A stretch of DNA of 64,000 bases from a virus, in the IMG/VR virus record IMGVR_UViG_3300032282_002017, positions 2,531 through 66,530 of that record; one strand, 5' to 3'. The notes under the pieces were generated by a model that had not been told where the DNA came from, ran no database searches, and was given only the letters and a program-made list of their open reading frames with translations. Below, one piece after another: positions 25,198 to 34,435 of this stretch. Every line of letters begins with the position of its first letter. Position 1 is the first letter of the stretch. Position numbers and translations under genes: made by a program.

Positions 25198-27066
25198 TCA
25201 AGCGATACCTTGATGCCAGCCTCCACCAATGCTAATATATGCGGGCCTCGTCTGCTGTTGCGGCTTGCGGTTGAAGTCATACGGCGGGAAAAGCAGGTTG
25301 TTTGGATGCGTTTTTGAGGCTGGACGTGGTGCGGCTGCTTCGTTTGAAGTCAATCCATGTCGCATCCTAGCTAGGTGAAGCGCCAAAAAAGTTGCATCTG
25401 CAAAATCGGGACTTTTCTTAGTCCTTAGCTTCATGTCATACTTAGGCTCAATGGCAATCTTGCCGCTTGCCTCGGTGTATGACCTTGCCACCATTTCACT
25501 CATTACATCGGCAACAAGCCCCTTTAGCTGCCCTGTGCGGATTAGCTCTTTGCCAACCATCCATAGCTCGGTTGCCATATTCTTGAACCGCTCAAAGCCT
25601 CTACGGGTGTCGTTTTTGCTGACTGGTTTATCGGATGCTTTCTCGCTGAATTTGACGTTAAGAGCGCCAAGTCCAATATCGCGGGCAAGTAGCGCCATGA
25701 ACGGATCGCCACCGCCTGTTCCGTCAACAGCCAAATTGCGCACATCAACGCCATGCTCTTTGAGTTTTTCTTTGGTTAGCTTCACTACCCATTCGCTTTT
25801 ATCAATGGAGGTATCGGTAACATCTTCATCTAGCGAGTAGATTTTGATAAGCTCAAACACTTTTTGAACTTTGCCAATTAGCGGGTCTTCAGCCAATCCG
25901 ATTTTTCCAATAGCTAGCGCGGCACGATCCCCGCCGTGTTTGTAAGCAGGGTCAAGGCCAGCGACCATTGTTGGCACATCAATCCAGCGTTTAACCTTTG
26001 CGCCAGCCTGCCATTTGATAATGTCGGCAGATGAGTAAATCGCATCCTTCTCGCCCGAAGTAATCCAGAACGCTTTGATTTGCTGATAATAGCCAGCGGT
26101 CTTTGTGCCGTTACGTTGAGCTTCTTTGAAGTCCTCAACTTTGAGCAAGCCCTTCCAGCGATTCCAGCCCTCAAGCACGTTAGGGGACTTCTCACCATCG
26201 AAGCGAATACAGAAGCCTTTGTAGCCGTATTCCTCAAGCTCCGTCTCCCATTCTGGCGTATCTTCAGTGACAGTGTGCCATCCATTTTTAGGACGGCTAA
26301 TTGCTCCATCAGGGCCAAAGATTGACGTAGGGTTGAAGCCAGCCACAAACCAGAACTCGTCGTTTCGTTTGAGGTTGCTTAGCGCCGTGCGAATCAAGCT
26401 ATGATGCAGTTCGGCAAACTCATCACCCATCAGAATCAACTTGGGAGATTTGATACCCTGAATCTTAGCGGCAGATGCTTTGGCTTGCGACTGTTCACCA
26501 ACCACAAGCTCAATGCCGCGAGTTTCGTCTTTATGATCCCCTACCTCGTAGCGAATCTTGTTTTTGGAATCAATCAGCTTTCCCGGCATGTTGTCTTTGC
26601 CAAAGAAAGACTCCATGTGTGACCAGCAGTTTTTGACATGGCCCCATACACGGCCCGAAGCGGCAGATGCGGTAATGGAAGTGACGAGAACCTTGGTGTT
26701 CTTTGGGTCAATCCAAAACATCATAACGGCGATAAGTGCCATTGCGTGCGTCTTCCCGCTGCTGGCGCAACCGGCAATCGCAAGTATGCGATGACGCCTG
26801 AAATTGCGCAAAATCCTTAGCGCATTTGGGTTCCACTCGAAGGGCCAGATGCCTTTAGGGTCTTTGAATATGATGTCCGTTAAGCGGCAGAAATGTTCTT
26901 CCCAAGGTAGCAACTTGATGCCTTTTATGTCTTTCCATTTATCGTAATTACGCAAAACTCGTAATTCAATCATCCAGTCAGTATAAGTAATTAACTTGCC
27001 CCTTGGCCCTTTTAACGGCGTGTGGACAATGCCATACTTTTTGATACTCTTTGCTCTGACTGCCAT
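25198..27066 (-). CDS. terL: Terminase large subunit
   Basis: Walker A GCASSGKT, Walker B LILMGDE, NP coupling motif, nuclease GLDPA..GGD and KSPDFADA. Confidence 0.88.
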   Translation of the reverse strand: MAVRAKSIKKYGIVHTPLKGPRGKLITYTDWMIELRVLRNYDKWKDIKGIKLLPWEEHFCRLTDIIFKDPKGIWPFEWNPNALRILRNFRRHRILAIAGCASSGKTHAMALIAVMMFWIDPKNTKVLVTSITASAASGRVWGHVKNCWSHMESFFGKDNMPGKLIDSKNKIRYEVGDHKDETRGIELVVGEQSQAKASAAKIQGIKSPKLILMGDEFAELHHSLIRTALSNLKRNDEFWFVAGFNPTSIFGPDGAISRPKNGWHTVTEDTPEWETELEEYGYKGFCIRFDGEKSPNVLEGWNRWKGLLKVEDFKEAQRNGTKTAGYYQQIKAFWITSGEKDAIYSSADIIKWQAGAKVKRWIDVPTMVAGLDPAYKHGGDRAALAIGKIGLAEDPLIGKVQKVFELIKIYSLDEDVTDTSIDKSEWVVKLTKEKLKEHGVDVRNLAVDGTGGGDPFMALLARDIGLGALNVKFSEKASDKPVSKNDTRRGFERFKNMATELWMVGKELIRTGQLKGLVADVMSEMVARSYTEASGKIAIEPKYDMKLRTKKSPDFADATFLALHLARMRHGLTSNEAAAPRPASKTHPNNLLFPPYDFNRKPQQQTRPAYISIGGGWHQGIA

Positions 27067-27107
27067 TCAGCAGCCATCTTTACGCAAATGTGAGAGTTTG
27101 CAAGGGG

Positions 27108-28478
27108 TTATGCTTCCTGTATCGGTTCAAATCTAAAGAACCTGCCGTGTAGCGTAGCCTTGACGATCTTCAAGCGCTCGCCATTTCGATTCTTCTTGAT
27201 GAAAAGGTTGCGGTCAAAATTCGGTTCGTCGTCCTCTTTCTTCTTTTGCCACGCCTTGCCAGTGGGCTTGTCGGCAGTCTTTTGAATGATAATCAGGTTG
27301 TCGCTATCTTGCTCTATGGCGCGGCTTTCACGAACCTTGCCATCCTCGTTAAGCTGGCTAGGCATGATAATATGAGCGCCTGTCATCTTTGCGCATTGCT
27401 TGGCGGTCGCGGTGATGTGAGCAACCTCACGCTCTCGATTCCCATTGCTGGTTTTGGACGTAAGGCAAAGCTGGATGTAGTCAATAGAGGCCACCAATTT
27501 CTGCCCCTGTTTGAGTTTCTTTGATCGCCTAGCGATGTCGCGGCAAATCTGCTCAATCGTCTTGCCTGCTACGTCCACGATGGAAATGGGCCACTTGGAA
27601 AGCCTGCCAAGTTTAGCCCCAACACTTTGCTGTTCCGCCCGCGTGAGAATACCGTGCTTCAGATTGCCTGAATCTACGCCAGATTGTGAGCAAAGCAGTC
27701 GTCCAGCTTCTTCCAAAGATGTCATCTCGTACGAGTAGATAACCCCAACATGATCCTGCAAACACGCAGATTCCACGAATTGACGCGCAAGGCAGCTTTT
27801 GCCATCACTGGATTCACCAGCAATCACGGTTAAGCGCCCCTCTTCCATGCCGCCAAGGTATTTATCAAAGCCAGCAAAACCTGTTGATATGCCGGGAATC
27901 TTGCCGGGATTAGCGCACCGTTCCTCAATTCCATTCACAACATCGGTCAAAAGCTCTCCAATCGGACGAAACGGCAAATCAGCGCTAGAATCATCATTTA
28001 CAGCCTCACAGACGAGCTTCGTCACATGCTGGAGTGCATCAGTAGCGGAAGCGCCATCGGCCTCTTGAAACGCCTGCAAATGGGCTATACCAGACGCTAG
28101 CGCGCCTATCATCTGACGAAACGTGAACTTATCTCGAATAATCGTTAAGTAATACGAATAATGCGAGGTTGTCGGAACCAATGTGTAAAGCTCACTGATA
28201 AACGCAGCGCCACCGACAATATCTAGCTTATTCGCATTTCTGAGAGCGTGAGTCAGTGATATTTGGTCAACAGGCTTACCAGCGGCGAATAGGCCGATAA
28301 TCGTTGTCAGGACTACGCGATTCGCTTCGTGATAGCAAATCTCAGGATGCGGAGCTTCATCGCACAACGAAGGACGCTGAAGTAGGCATGAAATCATCGC
28401 CTGCTCTGACAGATCATCATACGGAAGCGGCTTGTTTAGCGAGGCAAGAAGTTCCTCGGTTGTGGAAGGTTGGGTCAT
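27108..28478 (-). CDS. dnaB: Replicative DNA helicase, DnaB family
   Basis: N-terminal DnaB domain (LP....EQAMI), GISTGF..FD, GESSDGKS, YEM, IDYIQL, SQLN, RESRAIEQDSD, KNRNG. Confidence 0.95.
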   Translation of the reverse strand: MTQPSTTEELLASLNKPLPYDDLSEQAMISCLLQRPSLCDEAPHPEICYHEANRVVLTTIIGLFAAGKPVDQISLTHALRNANKLDIVGGAAFISELYTLVPTTSHYSYYLTIIRDKFTFRQMIGALASGIAHLQAFQEADGASATDALQHVTKLVCEAVNDDSSADLPFRPIGELLTDVVNGIEERCANPGKIPGISTGFAGFDKYLGGMEEGRLTVIAGESSDGKSCLARQFVESACLQDHVGVIYSYEMTSLEEAGRLLCSQSGVDSGNLKHGILTRAEQQSVGAKLGRLSKWPISIVDVAGKTIEQICRDIARRSKKLKQGQKLVASIDYIQLCLTSKTSNGNREREVAHITATAKQCAKMTGAHIIMPSQLNEDGKVRESRAIEQDSDNLIIIQKTADKPTGKAWQKKKEDDEPNFDRNLFIKKNRNGERLKIVKATLHGRFFRFEPIQEA

Positions 28479-28864
28479 TTCTTCTCAGGTTCGTAGTTTT
28501 TAGCTCTATCAATCTCCCCCTGCCAATTATTCAGCAAGGTTCCAAGGTCTTTGCGAAGGTATTGGCAACCAGACTCAGTGTAGTACCATTTGAGGGCTAG
28601 CCAGTCGTCTCCAGTGAAATCTTGCAGGGTTTGATGCGGAAGCCAAGCGGCTTTCTCCTTCTTGCTCCACTCGGTACTTGGCTTGCGATTGAACCAAGAG
28701 GCAACTTCGATTTGTTCAGGCGTTGGATTCCAAGCCTCACTCGTCACTCCCAACTCCAATTCAGGCTCATCAGTGGACGCACGAACGATAATATCACCGT
28801 TCGGCAGCCGTTCAAATGCTCGATTATGCTTGAGCGCAGCTTTAATTATGGGGTCTATTTTCAT
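28475..28864 (-). CDS. Hypothetical replication-linked protein
   Basis: Translationally coupled directly upstream of dnaB. Confidence 0.5.
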   Translation of the reverse strand: MKIDPIIKAALKHNRAFERLPNGDIIVRASTDEPELELGVTSEAWNPTPEQIEVASWFNRKPSTEWSKKEKAAWLPHQTLQDFTGDDWLALKWYYTESGCQYLRKDLGTLLNNWQGEIDRAKNYEPEKK

Positions 28865-29388
28865 TCTTCAATGTGTTTTCTTTTGCATCCACTAATATAT
28901 CTACCCATTTCCGTATCGGAGTATTTGCATGTCATGGCCGCTTTCGCCACCCATCCATAAACAACTTCCTCTCCGTATTTTTGGAGATAGCTATTAACAA
29001 CATGAAGCGTCCCTGTATCAATAGATGATCTACCAGTAAGTTCGCACCAAAAATCAGACAAGGATGAAACTCGTTTGATTTTGTTTTTTGCCGATTCTGC
29101 GGCGAATGTTGCCGCCATGCTTTGCTCTAACGAGTCTTGAATCATTCGCAACCGATCCATTTCCGTTGGCGCTGTAACTTGAGTAAGGATATTTGATTTT
29201 CCGAGATTACAGTCAATGCAGGATGTGATTAAATTGGCCTCATCATTGGTGCCACCCTTCGACACTGGAATAATGTGGTCTATGTGAAGAATGACATCAC
29301 CAGCCTGCTTGCCGCAATACCTACAAGTGTATGAGTCCCGAGTAAAAATTGAAAAGCGAAGTCGCTTACTTAATGATTTTCGTTCCAT
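28861..29388 (-). CDS. HNH endonuclease
   Basis: RDSYTCRYCG..HIDHIIPVSKGGTNDEANLITSCIDCNLGK. Confidence 0.9.
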   Translation of the reverse strand: MERKSLSKRLRFSIFTRDSYTCRYCGKQAGDVILHIDHIIPVSKGGTNDEANLITSCIDCNLGKSNILTQVTAPTEMDRLRMIQDSLEQSMAATFAAESAKNKIKRVSSLSDFWCELTGRSSIDTGTLHVVNSYLQKYGEEVVYGWVAKAAMTCKYSDTEMGRYISGCKRKHIEE

Positions 29389-29504
29389 GTGCGTAAAAAT
29401 CCCCCTCATGTTCGGCCCACTCCCGCGAACGGTTATGGCATGAGAGGGAAAATTCTCCGGTTAAATCATCAGCCGAAATGATGACTGCCTATGTAGGCAC
29501 TCCA

Positions 29505-29532
29505 ATTATACGATAAAATTTCTGCCAGTCAA
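29505..29532 (-). promoter_or_regulatory. Sigma70-like promoter for the HNH/dnaB block, followed by a hairpin-rich leader
   Basis: TTGACT-16 nt-TATAAT on the minus strand. Confidence 0.65.
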
Positions 29533-29540
29533 CTAAATCC

Positions 29541-29882
29541 TCACTGGCGTTTTGCGGTTAGGGATTCGTGCAAGCAGCAGGCTTGTTCGGCCTCGTTATA
29601 TGCTTCTCCATCCTTTGCCATTGAATGCAGCCAAGCAACAGGGCTAAGCGCGTTATATAGCCTGTCTGCATCCTTGCGCGATTCGACCAACTTCTCCCTC
29701 CACCCATCCTCAATGCGGATCAACTGCGCTTGAAAGCTCTCTTGGCGCTCACGAAGGCGTTGGGTTAGGTCGTTACGCTCTCTTTCGAGCTTGCGGGCGA
29801 AGTCTCCACTTACGGCGTCCTTTTCTCCATACCAAGCCATACTTGCGGCATCCGTTTCCGGCGTATCGCTTTTAGCAGGCAT
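29541..29882 (-). CDS. Hypothetical coiled-coil protein (TPxTD...FARxLERE type)
   Basis: MPAKSDTPETDA..DFARKLERERN; similar to the 34436 ORF. Confidence 0.55.
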   Translation of the reverse strand: MPAKSDTPETDAASMAWYGEKDAVSGDFARKLERERNDLTQRLRERQESFQAQLIRIEDGWREKLVESRKDADRLYNALSPVAWLHSMAKDGEAYNEAEQACCLHESLTAKRQ

Positions 29883-29986
29883 CCAGCCCTCCCGCTGCTC
29901 TTCCTGCAATGCTTGTATTTCCTTGAATGGTGATGTCGTTTCCATTTTTAACGCTAATCCATTCACTTAACCAAGTCAACATTGGG

Positions 29987-30133
29987 TTATTTCTTTTGCT
30001 TGTTCCTGCGTTCAGCGAAAAATACTGCGTCTTGTTTCGATAAACCGAAAACAATCGTCTTTCGCGTTTCGGCGTTGATGATTTCCCATGTAGGAGGGTT
30101 TTTCTCGTCTGCTTTGGCTATCCAAATTGTCAT
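29987..30133 (-). CDS. Small hypothetical protein (48 aa)
   Basis: ATG overlaps the ruvC-like stop; translated by hand as MTIWIAKADEKNPPTWEII... Confidence 0.4.
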   Translation of the reverse strand: MTIWIAKADEKNPPTWEIINAETRKTIVFGLSKQDAVFFAERRNKQKK

Positions 30134-30621
30134 AAGTTTTCTTTTGCATAAAATGCTACGAGCGCGGAATCAACGAGTCCATCGTGAGGAACACTACACC
30201 GCTTACTCGCCAACCAGCTTTCATCAGGCCATAGCTTTTGAGCTAAGCGTAACGCAGCAGGTTTGGTATCGCCAGCCTTGGCTTTGAGTAAGGGCTTCTG
30301 CCACTTTTGCGGCGTGATGCGCGTAAACCGAATCTTGTTGAGTTCAAACATGGCGCGTAGAGCGTGGAACGAAGCGGCCATTGAGACAGCCGCCTTGTAG
30401 CTTTTAGCGCCTCCCGGTTCTTCAACGACGGCATGCAGCTTGTCTAGGTTGTGATATTGAACAGTGTCGTGAATCCAGTTCCACGTGGCAACAACGTCAA
30501 CCTCGCGTCCTTTGCGAGACTTCTTTACCGGCATAATTGTCTTGGCGATGATTAACGAGCCTGAGATGACGCATAGGCCACCGCTTAACCCGTTATCCAC
30601 CCCCACTACAATCTCGCTCAT
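30130..30621 (-). CDS. RuvC-like Holliday junction resolvase
   Basis: VVGVDNGLSGG, VVEE, TPQKWQK and HDGLVDSAL give the RuvC acidic pattern. Confidence 0.85.
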   Translation of the reverse strand: MSEIVVGVDNGLSGGLCVISGSLIIAKTIMPVKKSRKGREVDVVATWNWIHDTVQYHNLDKLHAVVEEPGGAKSYKAAVSMAASFHALRAMFELNKIRFTRITPQKWQKPLLKAKAGDTKPAALRLAQKLWPDESWLASKRCSVPHDGLVDSALVAFYAKENL

Positions 30622-30633
30622 ACCAGTGGCAAT

Positions 30634-31074
30634 TCAGGACTCGATTCCCCGCGAAGGTGGGGGGGGCATCTCCGCTAGCGTACGATCTTCACTGGCAATC
30701 GTGAGCGGCTTGCGCGTTACAACGATCAAATTGTCCACCTTATAGACGAATACGCCAAGCCACTCAGCAACCTTCTTCATCTCATTAACAACGCCGCCTT
30801 CAAATCGTGAGCAACTTTGCTTCGGATTGAGCAACTCAAGCGAGTCCATGATGCCGATTCGGTCAATGTTTTCCAATGCTCGCAAGGCTTTCTTACGCTC
30901 GCTCCATTTGCAAAGAGGGATGCGCGAGAGTTGAGCGATGTTGGTTAGCGCCTCGGCGAGAATAGCAGCCTTTCGGCCATCTTTGACAAAGCCATGAAGT
31001 TGCGAAGCTGCGTTGAGCATTTCGCCAACCGTGCATTTACGTAACGCTGGAAATTTAGGTCGTTTGATTTTCAT
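30634..31074 (-). CDS. Hypothetical protein
   Basis: 146-aa ORF in operon-like packing. Confidence 0.5.
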   Translation of the reverse strand: MKIKRPKFPALRKCTVGEMLNAASQLHGFVKDGRKAAILAEALTNIAQLSRIPLCKWSERKKALRALENIDRIGIMDSLELLNPKQSCSRFEGGVVNEMKKVAEWLGVFVYKVDNLIVVTRKPLTIASEDRTLAEMPPPPSRGIES

Positions 31075-31241
31075 ACATTTGCCTCCAGTTCAGCGCAGCG
31101 GCCTTCAGACCATTGCAGCCAGTCGTTTTCGAGCTTGGTTACGTTGTCCTTTGAGATGATGAACTCGCGTTGGTTTTGAAACAGCGCTGCTTTAACGCGA
31201 TTGATTTCTTGTGGCGTTTCGGGGAAGTGTTCTTCGGTCAT
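31071..31241 (-). CDS. Small hypothetical protein (56 aa)
   Basis: AAAACGACT-ATG leader; stop overlaps the next start (ATGA). Confidence 0.5.
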   Translation of the reverse strand: MTEEHFPETPQEINRVKAALFQNQREFIISKDNVTKLENDWLQWSEGRCAELEANV

Positions 31242-31284
31242 AGTCGTTTTGTGCTGCCAATTACCGCTGGCAGCGGCGGGTTAA

Positions 31285-31764
31285 TTATTCGTATTTGCGA
31301 TTGAGGCGGTTTAGCTCAACATGGCGCTCGGCGTGGTGTTTGGTGCATAACCATTTAACATCAAGGGGCTTTGAGTAGTCGTCGTGATGAGCCTGAACGC
31401 GAAGCTCACCGCAGACTTCGCAAGGTTGTCGAATAAGTTTGCCAGATTGTATGGCATATTTAACGCAGCCGTTTGCATATTTTTTGTGTTTGTTTCGTTG
31501 ATACCACGCCTTTTTAGCCCTATCAGACGCTTCTTTATTTGGGAATCTTCCTTCAGCCCTGAATCTGGCGGACTTTTCTCTTTGCCTAGCCAATTCTTTT
31601 TCCATCCAAATTGGGTCTTTTCCTTTTTCGGCAAATCGGTTTTTTTCATCTTGTTTTGTGCAATCTTTACATTTTCCAAGATGCCCATCAGCCATCATCT
31701 TGTGTTTATAAAACTCATCAATTGGCTTGGTAATATTGCATTTGAAGCAGGTTTTTTGGTGCAT
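31285..31764 (-). CDS. HNH-type endonuclease with N-terminal Zn ribbon
   Basis: CFKC..EFY..CKDC; PCEVCG..AHHDDYSKPLDVKWLCTKHH. Confidence 0.8.
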   Translation of the reverse strand: MHQKTCFKCNITKPIDEFYKHKMMADGHLGKCKDCTKQDEKNRFAEKGKDPIWMEKELARQREKSARFRAEGRFPNKEASDRAKKAWYQRNKHKKYANGCVKYAIQSGKLIRQPCEVCGELRVQAHHDDYSKPLDVKWLCTKHHAERHVELNRLNRKYE

Positions 31765-31769
31765 TTTTT

Positions 31770-31798
31770 ATCCTAAACCTATCCAATAAACATGTCAA
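31770..31798 (-). promoter_or_regulatory. Sigma70 promoter, leaderless
   Basis: TTGACA-17-TAGGAT, then 5 nt to the ATG. Confidence 0.7.
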
Positions 31799-31806
31799 CC
31801 TTTTAA

Positions 31807-32193
31807 TCAAAAAGGTATCGAATCTTCCTCTAATCCATCTGCAATCGGCTTTTCTGGCAGCTTGTTTTTTTCAGTGGACTGCTTTTTGTAGCCACCTGAT
31901 CCGCCGCCGTCAAAGACAAACTCCTTCCCTGAGCCAATGAAGGGAGTGTACTTCTTTGCAGCCCGCTCTTCTTTTGTCATCTTCTCGCAAATCGAATGCG
32001 AATTTCCAAACTTATCCTCGCCATCGCGATTGGTTTTACAGTCGATTGACAAGTAACACTTGCCGTTTGCATGCGCGTTGATGCGGCTTTCTGGAATGCA
32101 GATTGCAACGTATTCTTTGCCGTCTTTGCCTGTGATGCGTTTCGCGCCTTGCAGCGCCAGTAGATCAAAACTGATGTTAATTGTGCTAGCCAT
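31807..32193 (-). CDS. Putative single-stranded DNA-binding protein
   Basis: Beta-rich core (GKDGKEY, DKFGN, FIGSGK) and an acidic C-terminal tail ending DSIPF; next to recE/recT. Confidence 0.65.
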   Translation of the reverse strand: MASTINISFDLLALQGAKRITGKDGKEYVAICIPESRINAHANGKCYLSIDCKTNRDGEDKFGNSHSICEKMTKEERAAKKYTPFIGSGKEFVFDGGGSGGYKKQSTEKNKLPEKPIADGLEEDSIPF

Positions 32194-32220
32194 AGAAGAA
32201 AGATTAGTTCAATTTTACGG

Positions 32221-33021
32221 TTAGATCAACCCATATTTGCGCTTTTCATAAAGAGGTACGTCGAGTTCAATGATGCCTCCACCGTGACCTTTCCATTTGC
32301 CACTAGCGGTACATTCCGCGTGTAGCTCTAGCGCCTTTTCCATCTGCTTTTGTCCAAGCTCAAGGCCATCGGCAGGCGGTTGGAAAATACACACATCAGC
32401 GGCTTCGGAATTTTCAACAGTAAGCCAGTAAAATGCTGGACGGTAATCCAGCCCATACTCAAGCGCTACAAGCGACTGGTACCAGCAACACTGCATGAAA
32501 TATTTGAAGCCACATGCGCTACGCGAGAACTCATGCGGATCACAAGAGGTTGTCGTTTTCAAATCCAAGATGCAGTATTTACCATCCTCATCTTTGAAAA
32601 TGCAGTCAATCTTGCCCTTGATGGTGGTGTCGCGATACTTTTGCACGATGCCTATTTCGCAATCAACAGCTTTGGACAACAGGTATTGAACATCGGCATT
32701 TGCAGCCACAGCATCAACCATGCGCTTGTATTGCGCGTACTCGTCTTGGGTAATGACAGTCTTGGAAGCGTTGGCGTCTTTGAACGCCTTTCCTTCTTTC
32801 GTGCGGCCATCCAGACCATCCGGCATCACGGCGTAGTTTTCTTCACGCCCCTCTAAGCATTTGGAATGCACCATCGTCCCCAAGAACATCGCTTTAGACG
32901 GCTCCTTTTTCGGTGACTTGAGCGCCGTTTGATAGTGAAGGGGTGATGTTAGGATACTTTTCAGCGACGAAAAGTTTAGTCCATTCGCAGCCCTGTACTC
33001 TATGTCGTTTTTGATTTTCAT
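32221..33021 (-). CDS. RecE-like PD-(D/E)XK exonuclease (ExoVIII/DUF3799-like)
   Basis: FSSLK..SPLHY, GTMVH..LE, KGKID, DLKTT, Y.MQ..WY. Confidence 0.88.
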   Translation of the reverse strand: MKIKNDIEYRAANGLNFSSLKSILTSPLHYQTALKSPKKEPSKAMFLGTMVHSKCLEGREENYAVMPDGLDGRTKEGKAFKDANASKTVITQDEYAQYKRMVDAVAANADVQYLLSKAVDCEIGIVQKYRDTTIKGKIDCIFKDEDGKYCILDLKTTTSCDPHEFSRSACGFKYFMQCCWYQSLVALEYGLDYRPAFYWLTVENSEAADVCIFQPPADGLELGQKQMEKALELHAECTASGKWKGHGGGIIELDVPLYEKRKYGLI

Positions 33022-33024
33022 AAA

Positions 33025-33077
33025 TTTTAACTGATCGTTGCAGCGAACCCTACGAGTCGCTGAACTAGGTGTTCGGC
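33025..33077 (+). mobile_element. Integron attC-like site 1 (53 bp)
   Basis: TTTTAAC-TGATC-GTTGCAGC-GAAC-CCTACGA-GTC-GCTGAAC-TAGGT-GTTCGGC gives R''-5-L''...L'-5-R' with two extrahelical bases. Confidence 0.75.
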
Positions 33078-33606
33078 GTCAAAGTCGTGGCCGGTAGATT
33101 ATCACGGCGACGGGAAACGGCGCGGAGGCGTCCGCACCTGCAAATTTCACGCGCCCCTTCGGAAATCGGACTTCGCCTTTCGCGGCGTAGTTGTGCCACC
33201 AGTTTGTATCCACGCGGGCAGGCACGAAGCACACGACGAGCGCACCGTTGTCCCGCGCTTCCTCGTAGGCTTTCTTCATCCACCGACCGAGATCGCGGCC
33301 ATACGGCGGATTCATAAACACACGCTCGTCTTGCCACGATTGCGCCAGCCCGTCCTCAGCGGGCGTGTAGTGCTTCGCGCACTTGGCGGTTTCGTGGTGG
33401 CAGCACGGATCGAGCGTGAATCCGAACTCCAGATCGAGGTAGTCGAACCATTGCTGCGGAGTCGCCCACGTCATGTCTTTCGAGGATGACATCACTTGGC
33501 GCGAGTGCGTTGACGCCGAACAAGGCGGTGGACTCAACAGAGTCCCGGCGGGAGTTGGTTCTGTATTCATAGATTATTGGCGGGACTCTGTGAGTCACCT
33601 ATTGCG
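33072..33606 (+). mobile_element. Integron-type gene cassette carrying the Dam methylase gene in inverted orientation
   Basis: Bounded by G|TTCGGC and G|TTAAGA. Cassette start is complementary to its own R'' (GCCGAAC). Local GC rises (37/60 in the hand-counted line at 33121). Confidence 0.72.
33079..33570 (-). CDS. Phage-type DNA N6-adenine methyltransferase (Dam family)
   Basis: WATPQ, FTLDPC, DGL, VFMNPPYG, PARVDT.WWH, GRVKF, APFP. Confidence 0.92.
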   Translation of the reverse strand: MNTEPTPAGTLLSPPPCSASTHSRQVMSSSKDMTWATPQQWFDYLDLEFGFTLDPCCHHETAKCAKHYTPAEDGLAQSWQDERVFMNPPYGRDLGRWMKKAYEEARDNGALVVCFVPARVDTNWWHNYAAKGEVRFPKGRVKFAGADASAPFPVAVIIYRPRL

Positions 33607-33612
33607 TTAAGA
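33515..33612 (+). mobile_element. Integron attC-like site 2 (98 bp)
   Basis: GCCGAAC-AAGGC-GGTGGACT-CAAC-AGAGTCCCG..loop..CGGGACTCT-GTG-AGTCACC-TATTGC-GTTAAGA. Confidence 0.8.
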
Positions 33613-34340
33613 CTGAACTGCCCCACTTCCTGACTCGGCAGCTTCAACGCAGCTTGCGGAACTGGCGTAATGTCGCGTTCAAGAACCACATCGCCATCCT
33701 TGTCGATATGCTCGGCAATCTCGCTAGAGAGTGGCAGTAGCTTGCAAAGACGACGAATGCTCGTTTTCTTTGCCATTTCGCCATAGTCAGTTGCCCAAGG
33801 GCCAGATGCGCCAGAACGACTACGTTTGCGAATAGCATCAACTTCGTCTTTGGTCATGGTGGCAGTCTGCGTCTCGCCTGATTTGAGCACGGCTTCAGCA
33901 TAAACGGCCTGAACATCGCCACGCGGTTTACGCCAATCAACCTTGTGCGTCACCTTGCCATTCTCCCATGAGAACTCGTCATTCTCACACACAAGCTCAG
34001 AGCGGATGCTAAGCACATCACCAGAACGTCGAACGAGTTCAATCAATCCAAGATAACTCAAAATCAAAGTGCATTCAGTGCCGTATGGAATCAGGTAAGC
34101 CCTACGCCCATCAGGCTCAAGGCCAGCGGCGGAAAGGTCAAGCAAGCATTTGAACAGGCTGGTCTGCGTGCAATCCTGCAACTTCGGCGTTCGCTGCAAA
34201 GCGGTAAGGGCGATGCGAGCAAAGCGATCTGGCGTCATGTGGCTAGGCAATGCCAGCGACAATTGCTGCTTAAACTGCTCCCCTCCAATTAGCTCTTTGA
34301 TACTCGCGGGTTTCTTGGCAATTTGTGTTTCTTCGCTCAT
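33567..34340 (-). CDS. recT: RecT-family single-strand annealing recombinase
   Basis: LALP.HMTPDRFARIALT, GLEPD..AYLIPY, SYLGLIELVRRSG, GPWATDYGEMAKKT..RRL.K.LP.S. Confidence 0.93.
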   Translation of the reverse strand: MSEETQIAKKPASIKELIGGEQFKQQLSLALPSHMTPDRFARIALTALQRTPKLQDCTQTSLFKCLLDLSAAGLEPDGRRAYLIPYGTECTLILSYLGLIELVRRSGDVLSIRSELVCENDEFSWENGKVTHKVDWRKPRGDVQAVYAEAVLKSGETQTATMTKDEVDAIRKRSRSGASGPWATDYGEMAKKTSIRRLCKLLPLSSEIAEHIDKDGDVVLERDITPVPQAALKLPSQEVGQFSLNAIGDSQSPANNL

Positions 34341-34435
34341 AATAGGCACCAATCCTCGCTCAATCTCTGTCTGATTGCAACCTTCAACTTTATGTTTCTC
34401 GTTGAAAGTGTCTCGATTTGAGTTTAGCCTTTCTT

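Noticed and set aside
32220-32226. GTTAGAT as the left boundary of a recE cassette
   Set aside because: It fits GTTRRRY but is explained by the recE stop codon; complementarity to site 1 R'' is weak and no attC lies upstream.
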